A stretch of DNA of 49,534 bases from Craspedostauros australis. Taxonomy: Eukaryota. Position numbers and translations under genes: made by a program. How positions within the stretch are numbered: the stretch's first letter is position 1; the number at the start of each line of letters is the position of its first letter. Shown here piece by piece: positions 32,712-45,100 of this stretch. The notes below the pieces were generated by a model. The model searched no databases and was not told where the DNA came from. It saw nothing but the letters and a program-made list of their open reading frames with translations. Where the stretch lies: positions 1 to 49,534 of the forward strand of contig JALAGF010000849.1 of assembly GCA_030167865.1 (NCBI GenBank). Direction: 5' to 3'.

Positions 32712-34082
32712 GATTGCGAATGGAATTTGACTGTGATGGAATTTATTCGGGATTGTAGGAGGAAAGTGTGGTGTTGCACTGGAGTACTCTTGCGGTGTAT
32801 CGACTTCTTGAGCGTCTTTACTGCTGTGAGCCCGATTCGGTTTGCTTTGCTTCTGTTGTTGTTAATGTTGTTGTTGTTGGTGGTGGTGGTGGTGGTGGCA
32901 TGGGTGTGAGCATGGGCATGGGCATGAGAATGCGAGTTTGGGAGCACAATGCATCAATTGACAGAAAAGTGAAGGCATCGGTGTGCAGAGCCAGTGGGTT
33001 CGTCCTGAGTCCACCATGAGTCCATCATGAGACAGTGATCAGACATTGATCCATGGTGGACAGCATCGTCCTTCCAAGTCAACTCGCAGCGTCGGATTGG
33101 ACGAAGAAACCAGCGATGTGGTCGTCGTGGTTCGTGACCGTATCTTTGACATCAACAATGGCAACAACGGTGGCAACCACCGCTGCCACAGCAATCGCAC
33201 GCGCAGTATCCAAAGAGCCATCCTTGCACTTCGTCAGCCCATACTCACCCTTGCTTGTCTAATGCACTTGTGTTGAGCAGAATAGCCTGTGTGTTGTGAT
33301 ACCTTCGAACGTCTGAGAGTCGTCTTTCGAGTGTTGGTTGGGATGTAGGTGCATTCGTTGATCCTATTATGAGTTGTGTACATCAGTCGGATCCTTTTTC
33401 CATCAACAACGACGCCAGGCAACAGCAGCAAAAGAGACCGCATGAAACACTAAAACGTGTCAGCGCACCAAAAGGTGTCAAGGGCGCCTCTTTCCTTTCG
33501 TTGTTTCGGGCACCAATCACAACGCGCAAAACAACAGCGCAAACAGACCAACTGCTCGAAAAAGTGAATTCCCCAGCCTCAACACACACATCATCACGGC
33601 AGAATCGTGGTGTCGCAACCCACGTGTGCATGAGACTACGCTCAAATGACGTCACAAACATTCGACAGAAACGACTTTTCGTGTCTATTTGATTAGTGCG
33701 ATTCCAATATGATGGAGCCTCGGCATCAACGACTGGAGCAATCCAAAACTACGGAAGTACCCATCACGACCAACCAACCGACCGACACATCAACAAGCTT
33801 CCCGCCATTTCGCGATGCTGCCTCCACGATCTGCGGATCGTGGATTGCGCATCGGCACCCGCATTGCCCACACATGACCACCACAAGGTCACACTGCACA
33901 AACAAAAAGCAGAGTACTCTGCTCCGCTCTACGACTACTCGCGCCATCCAAGCACTCTAGAGAGGACTTCACAGAGTACAGGCGAAGCCAGCATCAACCC
34001 CATGAACGCAGCAGGACGTTTCGTGTTTCCATCGACATTTCAAGGATCCACATTCGTGCGAAGACCTGACGATCGCGCCGCA

Positions 34083-35774
34083 ATGCGTTGTTGGGAAGCC
34101 GTGGTTGTCGGAGTGGGAAGCGTCTCGTGGATTTCCAGTGCGGCTGCCTTTGCACTCGTACATCCCAACCATCCCAACTATCTCAATTGTTTCAACAACC
34201 TCAACCACTGCAGCAGCCAGCATGCATCGCACGATCATCATTCAGCTGACGTGCAGCACAATAGAGGAAGAAAGCGTCGACTGGGATCGCTGCTAGTTCA
34301 GCGCCGCGGTGACAGCGACGGCGGCAATGAAAGTACTGCTCGTGGTCGTGATCGCAACAGTCGTCGTACCCAAACTGGTACGAGCAGCTCTGGCAAAACC
34401 CGCGCAGCCAACATCGCAGTGCTGGGCGGCGGCGCGTCCGGGATCTTCGCTTCCATCGCAGCCGCCGAGCCCGCAGCATCGTCCAACGTGCGCGTCACCG
34501 TTCTCGAGGCCACCGGAAAGACGCTCAGTAAGGTCAAGATCTCGGGCGGCGGACGATGCAACGTCATGCACGACACCACCAAGACCACGCCCACCATCCT
34601 CTCGGGGTACCCGCGCGGCAACAAGGAACTCACGGGCCTGTTCCACAAACGATTCACGCCCACGATGGCGAGGGATTGGTTCGAATACCGCGGTGTGGAG
34701 CTCAAGACGGAGGCGGACGGCCGCATGTTCCCCGTCACCGATGATTCGCAGACGGTCATTGATGCGTTGATCGATTCGGCCTACGACGCCGGAGTGAAGA
34801 TACGGACGCGTCAGAAGGTAGAGTCGGTGGAACTCATCTCGGACGACCATCGCAGCAGCAGTGACAGCGAGAGCAGCACCAGTGCAAGTACCAGGTTCCG
34901 CATCACTCACAAAGACGGAACGAACGAAGACTACGATTCTGTCATCTTGGCGACCGGGTCAGCGCTGGGCGGGTACGATCTCGCGAAGCAACTGGGGCAT
35001 GATATCGTCACGCCGGTGCCATCCCTCTTCACGCTGAACTGCAAGTTGGACATCAAAGAAGGTGGGTTGCTTCATGATCTGCAGGGGTTGTCCGTTCCCA
35101 ACGCTCGCGTTTCGCTGTCCAACAGGCAATACCAAGAAGGACCGTTGCTCATCACGCATCACGGGGTGTCTGGACCGGCCGTGCTGCGTCTCTCCGCATT
35201 CGCAGCGAGAGAATTCAAGGAAATCAACTACCGATCCCACATCAAGATCAACTGGGACGTGGGAGTCTTTGGCACGAACGTCGAGCGCATCGTCGATATC
35301 CTCAATCGTGTGGGACCTGCCAAACCAAAGCGCAAGTTGGTCAGCGGATGCCCCATTCGCGACAACTCCATCCCCCGCCGATTGTGGGCCTCCCTCTGTC
35401 GTGCCAGCGGATTTACCGATGACGACGTCTGGGGCAACGCCAGGAAGAAGAACATCCGAAGCCTCGCCACCAACCTCGTCGCATGCTCCGTGGAAACCAC
35501 GGGGAAGGGCACTTTCAAGGAGGAGTTCGTCACGGCCGGCGGTGTCGATCTCAAGCAGGTGGAGATGAGAACCATGGCATCCAAGCTCTGTCCGGGACTG
35601 TTCTTCTGCGGCGAAGTCATCAACGTCGACGGCGTCACGGGCGGCTATAACTTCTTGAATTGCTGGGGCACAGGTTTCGTGGCAGGAACGTCGGCCGCTG
35701 CCTACATCGCGGGACAACGCTCGCCGCCGTCTCTTCCAGACGATTCCAAGAGGATACCATCAGCAGAAGTGTAA
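34083..35774 (+). CDS. HI0933/YhiN/BaiN-family NAD(P)/FAD-dependent oxidoreductase, probably plastid-targeted
   Basis: Motifs IAVLGGGASG, KVKISGGGRCNV, EADGRMFP, VILATG, GPLLITHHGVSGPAVL, EFVTAGGV, GLFFCGEVINVDGVTGGYNF. ATG 34083 begins a signal-like MRCWEAVVVGVGSVSWISSAAA/FAL. The frame is open further upstream (33696), so the start is inferred. Confidence 0.92.
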   Translation: MRCWEAVVVGVGSVSWISSAAAFALVHPNHPNYLNCFNNLNHCSSQHASHDHHSADVQHNRGRKRRLGSLLVQRRGDSDGGNESTARGRDRNSRRTQTGTSSSGKTRAANIAVLGGGASGIFASIAAAEPAASSNVRVTVLEATGKTLSKVKISGGGRCNVMHDTTKTTPTILSGYPRGNKELTGLFHKRFTPTMARDWFEYRGVELKTEADGRMFPVTDDSQTVIDALIDSAYDAGVKIRTRQKVESVELISDDHRSSSDSESSTSASTRFRITHKDGTNEDYDSVILATGSALGGYDLAKQLGHDIVTPVPSLFTLNCKLDIKEGGLLHDLQGLSVPNARVSLSNRQYQEGPLLITHHGVSGPAVLRLSAFAAREFKEINYRSHIKINWDVGVFGTNVERIVDILNRVGPAKPKRKLVSGCPIRDNSIPRRLWASLCRASGFTDDDVWGNARKKNIRSLATNLVACSVETTGKGTFKEEFVTAGGVDLKQVEMRTMASKLCPGLFFCGEVINVDGVTGGYNFLNCWGTGFVAGTSAAAYIAGQRSPPSLPDDSKRIPSAEV

Positions 35775-36253
35775 CCCACGATCAAGTGCATGCAGCCGCC
35801 GCCATGATCATCTCTTGAAGCCTAGATATTGCAGTCGTTTGTCGTACAAGCATGGGCGATTCTCTGCTCGAATGGCAGAGCATTCCACAAGTTTGCACAG
35901 AGTATGATATTCATCCTACACTTAATAACGTAGTTATCACAATTCCGCAGTGTTATCATGAATTAGTCCAGCTGATCGATACGACACCAAACCCGAACCA
36001 GCACGCCGCTGCGTCAGCAACGCCACGATTAGGAGCGCCCGCGACGCACGCAACATTTAGCGAACTTGACGTAAAGTCAAGACCACAGTAGAATAAGCTC
36101 ACAATCCCATGGGACCTTCCATGGGCCCTCTCAATGGGCTAAACTCAACTTTAGCACACACACGCACACGCACACTTGCCCGTAGCAATTACGCAGCTCT
36201 GCTCTGTTTGGCTCAGTTGGAGAGTACTGGCAAAGGTGGCTGTCTCAGTTGTC

Positions 36254-38585
36254 TTACTTTCTGGTTCGCAGTGACTTACGTGTGACCCTGCACTTCTTCT
36301 GCGGTGGCTGTCCATCGGCGGACGTGGATGTTGCAGCGTCTGTGTGGTTCGCCTTGGACTGCTGCCTCTTCACCGAAAGCCTCCGCTCCAACAAACCATC
36401 GTTGCGTCTCGCACTGCTACCAATGCCTGAAAAATGAGCCAAAGAAGATGCGGTGCCGTTGCGGTATTTGACATAGACCCACAAAGTATGACCGAAATGC
36501 CTGGTGTCGATTGGGGTTGGCGGCATCGTGACATTCACGGATTCGACGTAATGAGAGGGTTCAAGCGGAACGAACCTGCCGTCCTTGAAACTTCCCTTCA
36601 TGGCCTCGGCAACCTTCTTCGCCATGGCGTTGTACGTTTTGGCCGTGTCGTTAGCAGTGCAGGTCTTGCAACGATCTGACGTAGCCATCCCCTCGCAATT
36701 TCGTCTGTGGGGATGGTGGCCTGATAGTCTTGCACAGGGCGCGTTGCAATCCCACAAGCCTGTGCCGTCGCAGAGCATCCGCATTTGGGAGATTTGCTCA
36801 TGCAAAACTAACTTTTCGCGACCGAAACATTCAAGGATGCACATCTCATTCATGAAGAGCAGCAAGGACTCAAAGATGATGATCCAGCTCCTTGGTGAAA
36901 GGCTGCTCCACGGTTTGGGGACTTTCGGCCTTCTCGACCACGACGGTTCAACGCAGTCGTTGTGCCAACTTGCAACATTCCACGCAGCACACTTGTTACT
37001 GATGATGGTGAATAGCTGTCTCAACAGTTTCTGCATATGGATGGTCACCCATTGCTTCTCTTTCGCCCATCCAAGATACTCGCACAGAGCGCCATACTCG
37101 GAGAGGCGCCCCATACAAGATCCAATGCTCTCCTGCATAAGCCGAGCATCTAGATCATCAATCGCCTTCTTTTTATCCTGTTCATGGAATGTCTTGAAGG
37201 CGTTTTGGACGATGGTGCTTCGCGTGCCGAGCCCGACGCACTTGTCGTGAATGCCACGAAGACACTTGTAGAGATCTCCTTTCTGCAGCTTGACGCAGGG
37301 CAATTCTGCCAGCTCGCACTCCAGCTGCTTCTTGATCAGATGAGCTTGCACCGCTTCGCCACCGAGGGCGTATTCCAGCACTGCCAGGAGCGTGTTGAAA
37401 TTGGTGCTCTTCATGCGCTCGTCGTAGTCGTCCTTGTTCTGGACAGCGGCATGCACGAGCTTGATCTTGTTTTCATCGGTCATCTTCCTCCACTTGAACC
37501 GGCCTACTTCGTCCTCGCCAATCCGCCCAATGAGGTCCATATCGAGCTTCTTCAAGTCTTCGATGGAGCGACCGAAGACCGACCGATAGAGGAACGCTTG
37601 CATGGCGGAAATATGAACAAAGGCTGCGAAGGACTTCTTTCCATTGCCCTCCATCTTACGGTGACCGCCCTTGCTGCTCGCTTCGTTTACCTTCTTCAGC
37701 TCTTCATCACCACAACCTTTGCCGAAGATCTGCTGCACCTTCGCTTGCACCTCGGCGGCGAGCTCCTTTTGCTCCCTGTCATCCGGCTCGTCGACCTTGT
37801 TCCCGGCCACGATGACAGGAATGTTCTTGTGCTTGGTGTTGTGCGTTTGGACGAACTCGAGGATGTTGACCTGCTCATCTGTATTGACACCCTGAAGCGC
37901 GTCCATGACGACGATGACAGCGTCGAAGGTCGCCCAGTGCTCCGACACCCACTTCTCGTAGATGCTGTCTGTTCCAGCTTCGTTGATTCCAGGGATGTCA
38001 ATGAACACGAGGCTGGTGTCATCCCTCATGGAAATGATCGACCTGTCGGTCTGGATTGCGAAGGTCTTCGTTTGAATGCAGTTGCTGGCGCGCAGAATCT
38101 GATTGTCGTGCCGGATGGTCTCGAGCGTCGATTCAGCTGACTGGATGCCATCGACGTGTGCGCCTTCGCTGGTGGTATCGGGGGCAAGTTCTTCGCACTT
38201 CTTCTCCTCCTCGTTGTGGCTTTCATCTTGAGCCATACTGGCAACCACGTCGGCCGGAGGGATATCTGTGGCACCATGCTGAGGTGCCTTGATGATCTTG
38301 AAGTAGTTGATGCCAGCCGTGGTTCGTTTCATGGAAACCTCGCTGTATCTCTCGCCGAGCAAGGCATTGAGAACGGTGGACTTGCCCACACTGTACGAGT
38401 ATGGCGGCAGAAATGATGAAGAGAAAACGGGAGAATGAGACAGGGAGACGAGCAGCACAGTTGTCGGTGAGGTCGTGGCATGTGATGATGTACATCCGTG
38501 TGTTGATGGCAAGTAGGAATGAACCCCAACCGTACCTGACGTAGCCCAACACGGCGATCCTGATCTCGAATTTGCTTGAACTCAT
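36254..38585 (-). CDS. Dynamin-like (Dynamin_N-type) P-loop GTPase, 2 exons (38585-38536; 38390-36254)
   Basis: Splicing the 145-nt intron 38535-38391 (AG|GTACGG...GTACAG|T) joins MSSSKFEIRIAVLGYV to SVGKST, rebuilding G1 GYVSVGKST. G2 is KRTT, G3 is DIPG (FIDIPGINE) and G4 is NKVD, followed by a helical C-terminal region. Confidence 0.85.
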
Positions 38586-40264
38586 GGCTGGAACTCCTCC
38601 GATTGTTATGGGGGCAAACCTGTGTGTTGTGCTATTGTTGTTGTTTTGTTGTTTTCGCACAAGAAGATTTTTTCGTTTCTGTGCACAAGCTCACCAACAA
38701 CAATGACGCCATCTCACAACCAACAGAGAGGAACGATGCGACATCCTCGCCCCTGTAGCCAATCTTGATCACGTGTCACGCATTGTAATAAAGCGTTAAT
38801 ATGGCGTTGCATTATTTGTTTTCGCTCAGACACAAAACCGCAAGAATCTGCTCATTTTCGAACGACCAGACGTTATCAACGTTTACAATTTTCACTATGC
38901 GTTATATCTTCAGAGTTCGAATTGTATTTCACATCCAGCGCGTGATTCGAGTCACGAAACCGTGGCGCCAAAAAAGAAAGTTCTTTTTCCATGGAACAGC
39001 AACCACCACAACAACACAGAACAAGATGTCAAGCAAGAATGATACAGCCCATCGATGGCAGCAACCCAGACGCGGATCCAAAGAAGATCGTTGTCATCCG
39101 CATCACGTCGTCCTGTTCTCATCCACGACGAGTGGATCGATCAGCGTTGTCGCTGAAAGTGTTCGGCGCGTTCAGAACACAGCACTTCCCGTCCGAAGCC
39201 ATGGAGCCATCACGGAATTACGCCGCCAACTGGAGAAGATGCCGGCAGAAGGACCATTGAACCTTTCGCCGCAGGTATGTCTTTGGGCTTCGTGCGTAAT
39301 CAACTCCCTGTTGGGACGTACGAGCACCTACGACTACAGGTCCAAATGCAAGTGCAACGTTGGCAACATCCGAATGCAAGTGCAAAGGCAAAGGCAAAGA
39401 CATTCCATTCCGAAAGAAGTTCTGGTTTGTTCTGCCTCCTCGCTGCTGTTTCCATCGTTCTGTTTGTGGTGTCTTCTGGGGAACAAGAACGAACGGCTTC
39501 CCATCACTCCGATCCATGATACTGGGACTCACCCATCATGATCCAGAACACACTCTGGCACAAGAATCTTCTCCATCTCCACCCTCGTGGTCCTTCGCGT
39601 CTCTCACACTTTTCGCCGAAACACGCGGACGCATCCAGCTGCTCCTGAACACTCGTACAGCAATGGAATGCCGCCATCAACACCAACGCCCACACAGAAG
39701 CGTACTGTTCCATGGAGGCACCAGACGAGTGCAAGACAGAATCACAGCGGAGCGCGTCGACGCCGCCCGTATCATCAAGTCGAGAACCACGACAGGACGA
39801 TACACGCGATGGTCTCCCACGCGGGCGGCCATCTTTGCTTGTTCACCACCCCTTTCAAAATGTTCTGATGTCTGATGTTTCGTTCTTTCAGAATTCTTGG
39901 ATTCAAATGTCAACGAAGGAGAACAAACACCCACAGATTCCCTCCGACAAATCTGAGCAACAGAACAATCACAAAATGAATGAGCTCAGCCGTGTTTGAA
40001 TGTCACGGGTCGAACAATGCGCACATGGATAAACAATGCAGAACAATCGATACCCAGCCACAAAGCCCACGAGCGCTGCATCCAGAGGCCCGGTGGCAAC
40101 CATGTGAGCCTTCGTGCTTAACGACAAGAGGAAGAGCATGCAAGACGAGGCGAGGAGGGAGCATGTGGGGATCAGACAATTATGCTCTCAAAACGAAACC
40201 GCTCACAAAATCAAAATTCGCAAAACCAAAACAGCTCCGCCACAAAATCAACGACCCGCAAAAC

Positions 40265-41696
40265 ATGTCGAATTCAAACCAATCCAGCGGAGAGTGGAAT
40301 CCCGACGTGGACCCATACGTTGCATTCGAATTCAACGATGATCTAGATGCCAAAGTACACGACAATCCGCCAACTCTCGCGACTCTAGCGCAGGACTTGG
40401 AAAGTCGGACAGGAGATGCATTCGCTGACGCCCGACCTCATACTCCAACAACGAACCAACTGTGCATGGACATCGTGTCGAGTCACACCAATGCCACCCC
40501 GCCAACCATCCCACACATCAACCATGAGAGCAGCTCCGAATACTCCCACCACATGTTGCCGCCCGTTGGCGCGACATGTTCGCTTCCTCTCGAAGACGAT
40601 TTTCTTGGACTCCTCAACAGCACCCACATTATTCCACCAAGCCCATCCAAAGTGGACTACGAACCCTTGGCATGCCCCTCATTGGAGGATGGTGAGTGAG
40701 CCTCAAGAGTGAAACTCGTCCTCGTCCTCGTGTTCGGTCTCGTACATAGCTCGTACGCGTACGAGCACGAATGCCGTTCTCAATCCGAGATCGCTGCGCC
40801 GAACTGGAGGTGTTCTAATGTCCACGCCATCAAATGTGTCTCCTTTTTTGCAAGCGACAGGGGGTGTCCATCCGTCCGTGTCAATCTGCATGATTCTCAT
40901 TCATCTTTTGCCGCTCATCCACTTCGAACATCAACACTCGATTGCCGTCGCCAATTCCATCATAGAGCATCAAGAGGTCGATATCCATTCGCTTCAAGCG
41001 AGCGAGGTGGCCGGATTGGCAATGCCCCAGATCGATTGCACTTCAGACAAGCCAAAGTTATTACAAAAACTCGCTTCATCTGAACAAGTCATCGTGCCAC
41101 TCCCTGTATCGTACGACCCGAAGGCACCCACCGACGACGTGGAGGACGATCCCAATGATGGCCGCCAGGACCACCACCAAGAAGACCACCACGATGATGA
41201 TACCACCGTGAGCCGAAGCGGGAACGACGAGAGTGAGGCAAGAGCCATCATTTTGGAAGATGATTTGCGAGACTTCGATGTCTTCTCCCACCGAGGAGGG
41301 AAATGGATCAACGCGCGTGGAAGCAGGGTCTTCGTTGGCTACATCAAGAAGAGGCGTGCCGAATACTACGCGAAGAAAGGAAATAAACACGAAAAGCGAG
41401 AGAAGGCCAGGATCATCGAAGCCGTTAAATTCCTCATCCAAACTCTGTTGTGTGGGAGATTTTTGAAGCCGATGGAAGGAAAGACAGGTTGCTACGCTGA
41501 GTTGAACGACAAAGAGATCGTCCGCAAGATCCAGCAATGCTTTCGAAGTGCCAACAACCGGCTCCAGCTGACCGGAGAGAAGAAGCAGGAAAGGAAAAAG
41601 AACAAGCAGCAATCAACCCAAGCTTGTGCGAAGAGATCTGGAAACGCCAAGACGAGTCTCGCAAAAGGGGAACGCGACGGCCACAAGAGCAAGTGA
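40265..41696 (+). CDS. DUF6824-type domain protein, 2 exons (40265-40691; 40966-41696)
   Basis: Donor G|GTGAGT at 40692 and acceptor TAG at 40965 join the ORFs 39980-40699 and 40818-41696 in phase 1 (274-nt intron). DVFSHRGG....GSRVF...I......Y...K..II..V......GRFLK.....Y..L.......KIQQCFR matches the diatom DUF6824 pattern. Confidence 0.75.
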
Positions 41697-42102
41697 AGTA
41701 GTGTGGCGTGCCCAAACAAGGACTGGGGCCACCCACATCCCCTCGGGGGAAGCACGACAGATCGCCAGGACTAATGGATGCAATTGAGCACATTGTGACA
41801 CTCGTCATCGGGAACCGTAGTAACGTATTGTGTAGAATACGTTCTATTTTTTGTAGACAAACTCAATCTATCCCTGGCGTCCAGTCCACTCGTAGCGCAG
41901 CTCACATGATCTGTCTCGACGGTCTTTCGTTCTGTCTCTTTCGCGCGCTCTCTGACGCTGTGTTGAATTGATACTGTATGGTACGAGCTATTATACTTTC
42001 CAAATATACTCTACGTACTTGTGTTAGCCATGAAGATGATTCGATGCCGTGTATTGACGCCTGGTTACATACGTAGGCTCCACTTTGATGAACGGAAACA
42101 CT

Positions 42103-45100
42103 TCAAGCATCGGCACCCACTGTTTCTTCCTTCTTCTCCTCCGAAATGGGGCCTGTTACATGATCCTCAGCTGTTGAGGACTCCATTACCGTCGTTGGGC
42201 CTGTTACGTCGGTACTCACACTTGGACCTGTCTCATTGCTTTGCGATGCGAGAAGTTTGTTTTGCTCTTTCAGCGCTTGCATTTTCTCCTCGTACTCTTG
42301 CGCGACGCGCTCCTTCTCTTGATATTCTTGCGCGATGCGTTCCTTCTCTTGCTTCATTGCCTCCAGCTCTGCGCGCAAAGAATTGGTGGTGGTCTCGTGT
42401 TCCATGCCCTTGTCCAGCAACGATGCGATGGCAGTGTTGGAGTCCTGCAACCGCGATCGCAAATCCTCCATCATGCTCTTGTTCGCCTTTTCGAGCGACG
42501 AAATGATCATCTTGGCATTAGCCAACGATTCGCGCTCTCGCTGCAGCTCCTTCTGCACACCTTCGCGTTCGGAGGCCAGTTTGGTGACATCCTTCTTCAG
42601 GGCTTCCACTTCAGCTGACGGACCCTGCGGCTCCTCCTGTTGCGGCGATGGCGACGATTGCTGCATCATATAGCCGGCAGGCATGCCTTCTTGCGCTGCC
42701 AGGATAGTGGCTAAGGCTTCTGTTTCCTTGGCTCCATATCCGTCCAGTCTGGACGGAGATGATACGACCGAGCCTGGCGGGACGAGGGAGCTGAGATCTT
42801 CGTCTTCCTCGTCGCTGGCATCGTCAGAGATGTAGCCGCCATCATCGTCATCGATTCTGAGGCTGGATTTCAGAACCGAAAGCTCTCGCTCCTTCTTCGC
42901 CAGAATCGACATGTTCGTGGCGCATTGCGTTTGCAGACTCTGAACTTCGGCGCGTAGCACGTGGATTTCCAGTTCTTCGTTTTGGCCCACATTGCTGAGT
43001 TCCTTGCGCATGAGCTCGATCGTGGTGTCGGATTCCTTGAGAGCAGCTTGCAGGCTGGTGATCTTGGTGCGGTACTCGTCGTTCTCGCGTCGCAATTCTT
43101 TGGCAGCGGCCTCACGATCGCTGCGAATCATGTTATCCACCTGGCGACCGATTTCGGAGCTGACGGATTCATCGTCGCTGAGGTTGCCGCTCGGCTGCGA
43201 TTGCATCGGTTGCTGCTGTTCTTCCCGCGAGAGCTGCGACACGTCTTCTGTGGACTGCTTGACGATCGTCTGCAATGCCTTGAGCGTGCTACCGAGGATC
43301 TCGCTGACATGGTTGGCATTGCCAGAATCCATGGCGCCGGTGGACACTGAGACTTCGTGCACCACAGCTGCGGACTGCAGATCGGTCACGTTCGACTCCA
43401 AGCGCCTGATCAATGCCTTCTGCTGCGCGTAAAGGTTTTTCTTGGCGATCTGAGAATTCTTCATGGAATCGTGTTGCATCTGCAAATCCCGAAGTTCCGT
43501 GGCAAGCGTATCCAGGCGGTGCTTGCGGTCGGTGGATTCCTGGCGGGCATACGTGAGCTCTTCCTCCTTTGCTTTCAGCTTTCCACGCAGATCGTTTGAA
43601 AGTGAACTGTTGGCGGTCTCGAGCGACGTGATGATCATCTTGGCATTTTCCAGAGACGCGACGGTCTGATCCAGATCGAGCTTGGTCTCATCCAGATCGC
43701 GCTTAGCATCATTAAGTTCTCTCGTCAATGACTGGATCTGTTCATTCTTTTCTCGAGTGATGGCATCCTTCTCGTCGTTGCTGCTGCCGGTGCTGTTAGT
43801 TGCGCCGTGCGTGGCTGCGTTGGAACCGCCTGGCGTTGGCATCGATCTGTCGTTTGCGACTGCCGCTGATGCAACTGCCGCTGCGGAAGCAGCTGCGGCG
43901 TCAGCCACTGCTGCTTCCATCTGCTCGACGGATTTCTCCAGCTGAGCCTTCAAGTTCGAATTTTCGTTCCTCAAGGATTCGACGCGCTTGGATTGTCTGA
44001 CAACCTCCGTGCGCAGCTTCATGGTTTCCCTGTCAGTCCCCCTGGCAGTCTTCGCCGGTGGTGACGACGACGACGGCGATTCTTCGGCAGCCTTGGATTC
44101 GAGTTGGGAGATTTGCGATTTGAGCTTGGTGATCTCCTCGACGTGCTTCTTGTGATGGAACCTCTGGGTCTTGAGGTCGCGTTCCAGGTTGGTGACACGT
44201 CGCGACTTCTTATCAAAGTCGCGCTTCATCGCAGCCTTCTCGTCCAGGTATGCGTTCTGCTTCTTCTTGGCCTCCATGAGTTCTGCTTTGAGCTGCGCGA
44301 TGCGACTTGCCAATTTTTCATCGTGTGATGTGACCGGTGCGACGGAAGATGGCGATCTCGGCGGCGGACTGGATCTGGAAGTGAGAGAAGCCGTCCTTGG
44401 TCGTGGCGGCGACGCCCCCGATGGCGACGACGACGATGCAGGCGAGGTGGTTGATGCGGAAGAGGGCAGCGATGGCGCTGGGGGAGGTGGGGGTGGAGGC
44501 GGCGACAGAGCGGATGAGGCCTTCTCCATCTGCTTTTTGTACTTCTCTTCGAGGTGTCGCATTTTATTTTCGAACTCCTCCTGATCTTGTTCCTTTTCTG
44601 CTGTGAGGTCGGCCATGACACGCTGGATGGCACGCAAGGATTGTGTGTACTCTTGCTTTTCCTGGGTATGGCGTTCCTCCGCCTGCTTCATCTGTTCTTC
44701 GAGCTGTGAGATGGTGGCTGTATCGCTCGGAAGCTTCTGTCTGAGCTCAAGCTCTATGTCCTTGTCTGCAATGATTTGCTTCAACTCCACAATGCGAGTG
44801 TTGGTATCTTGATTCTTTTCCAAGGTGGTTTGGAAGGTGTTCCACAGGGTGAGTTCGTCAGGAGTGAGATTTTTGGGTGGTGGCAGCTTGGCCATGATGC
44901 TGCTGGTGGTGCTGGTGGTGCTGCTGGTCTCGGCATTGGAATCGATGTTGATGTTGGATCTAATGATGGCGTTGGCCTGCTTCTGTTGCGCCTGCTGAAG
45001 AGCTTGGATCATTGCCACCAGGCCGGCTGACGAAACAGATGTGACGGAGGACATCGACGATGCGGTATTTCTTCGTTGGTAAGCATCGGTTTGGCTGAGA

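Noticed and set aside
33696-34082. Long N-terminal extensions given by the ORF track (also 47048-47401, 46270-46512, 10927-11106)
   Set aside because: They start at non-ATG codons or read like UTR sequence; signal-peptide-like or better ATG starts lie downstream.
38391-38535. ORF-track N-terminus of the GTPase (MPSTHGCT...)
   Set aside because: Intron sequence; splicing it out restores the P-loop.
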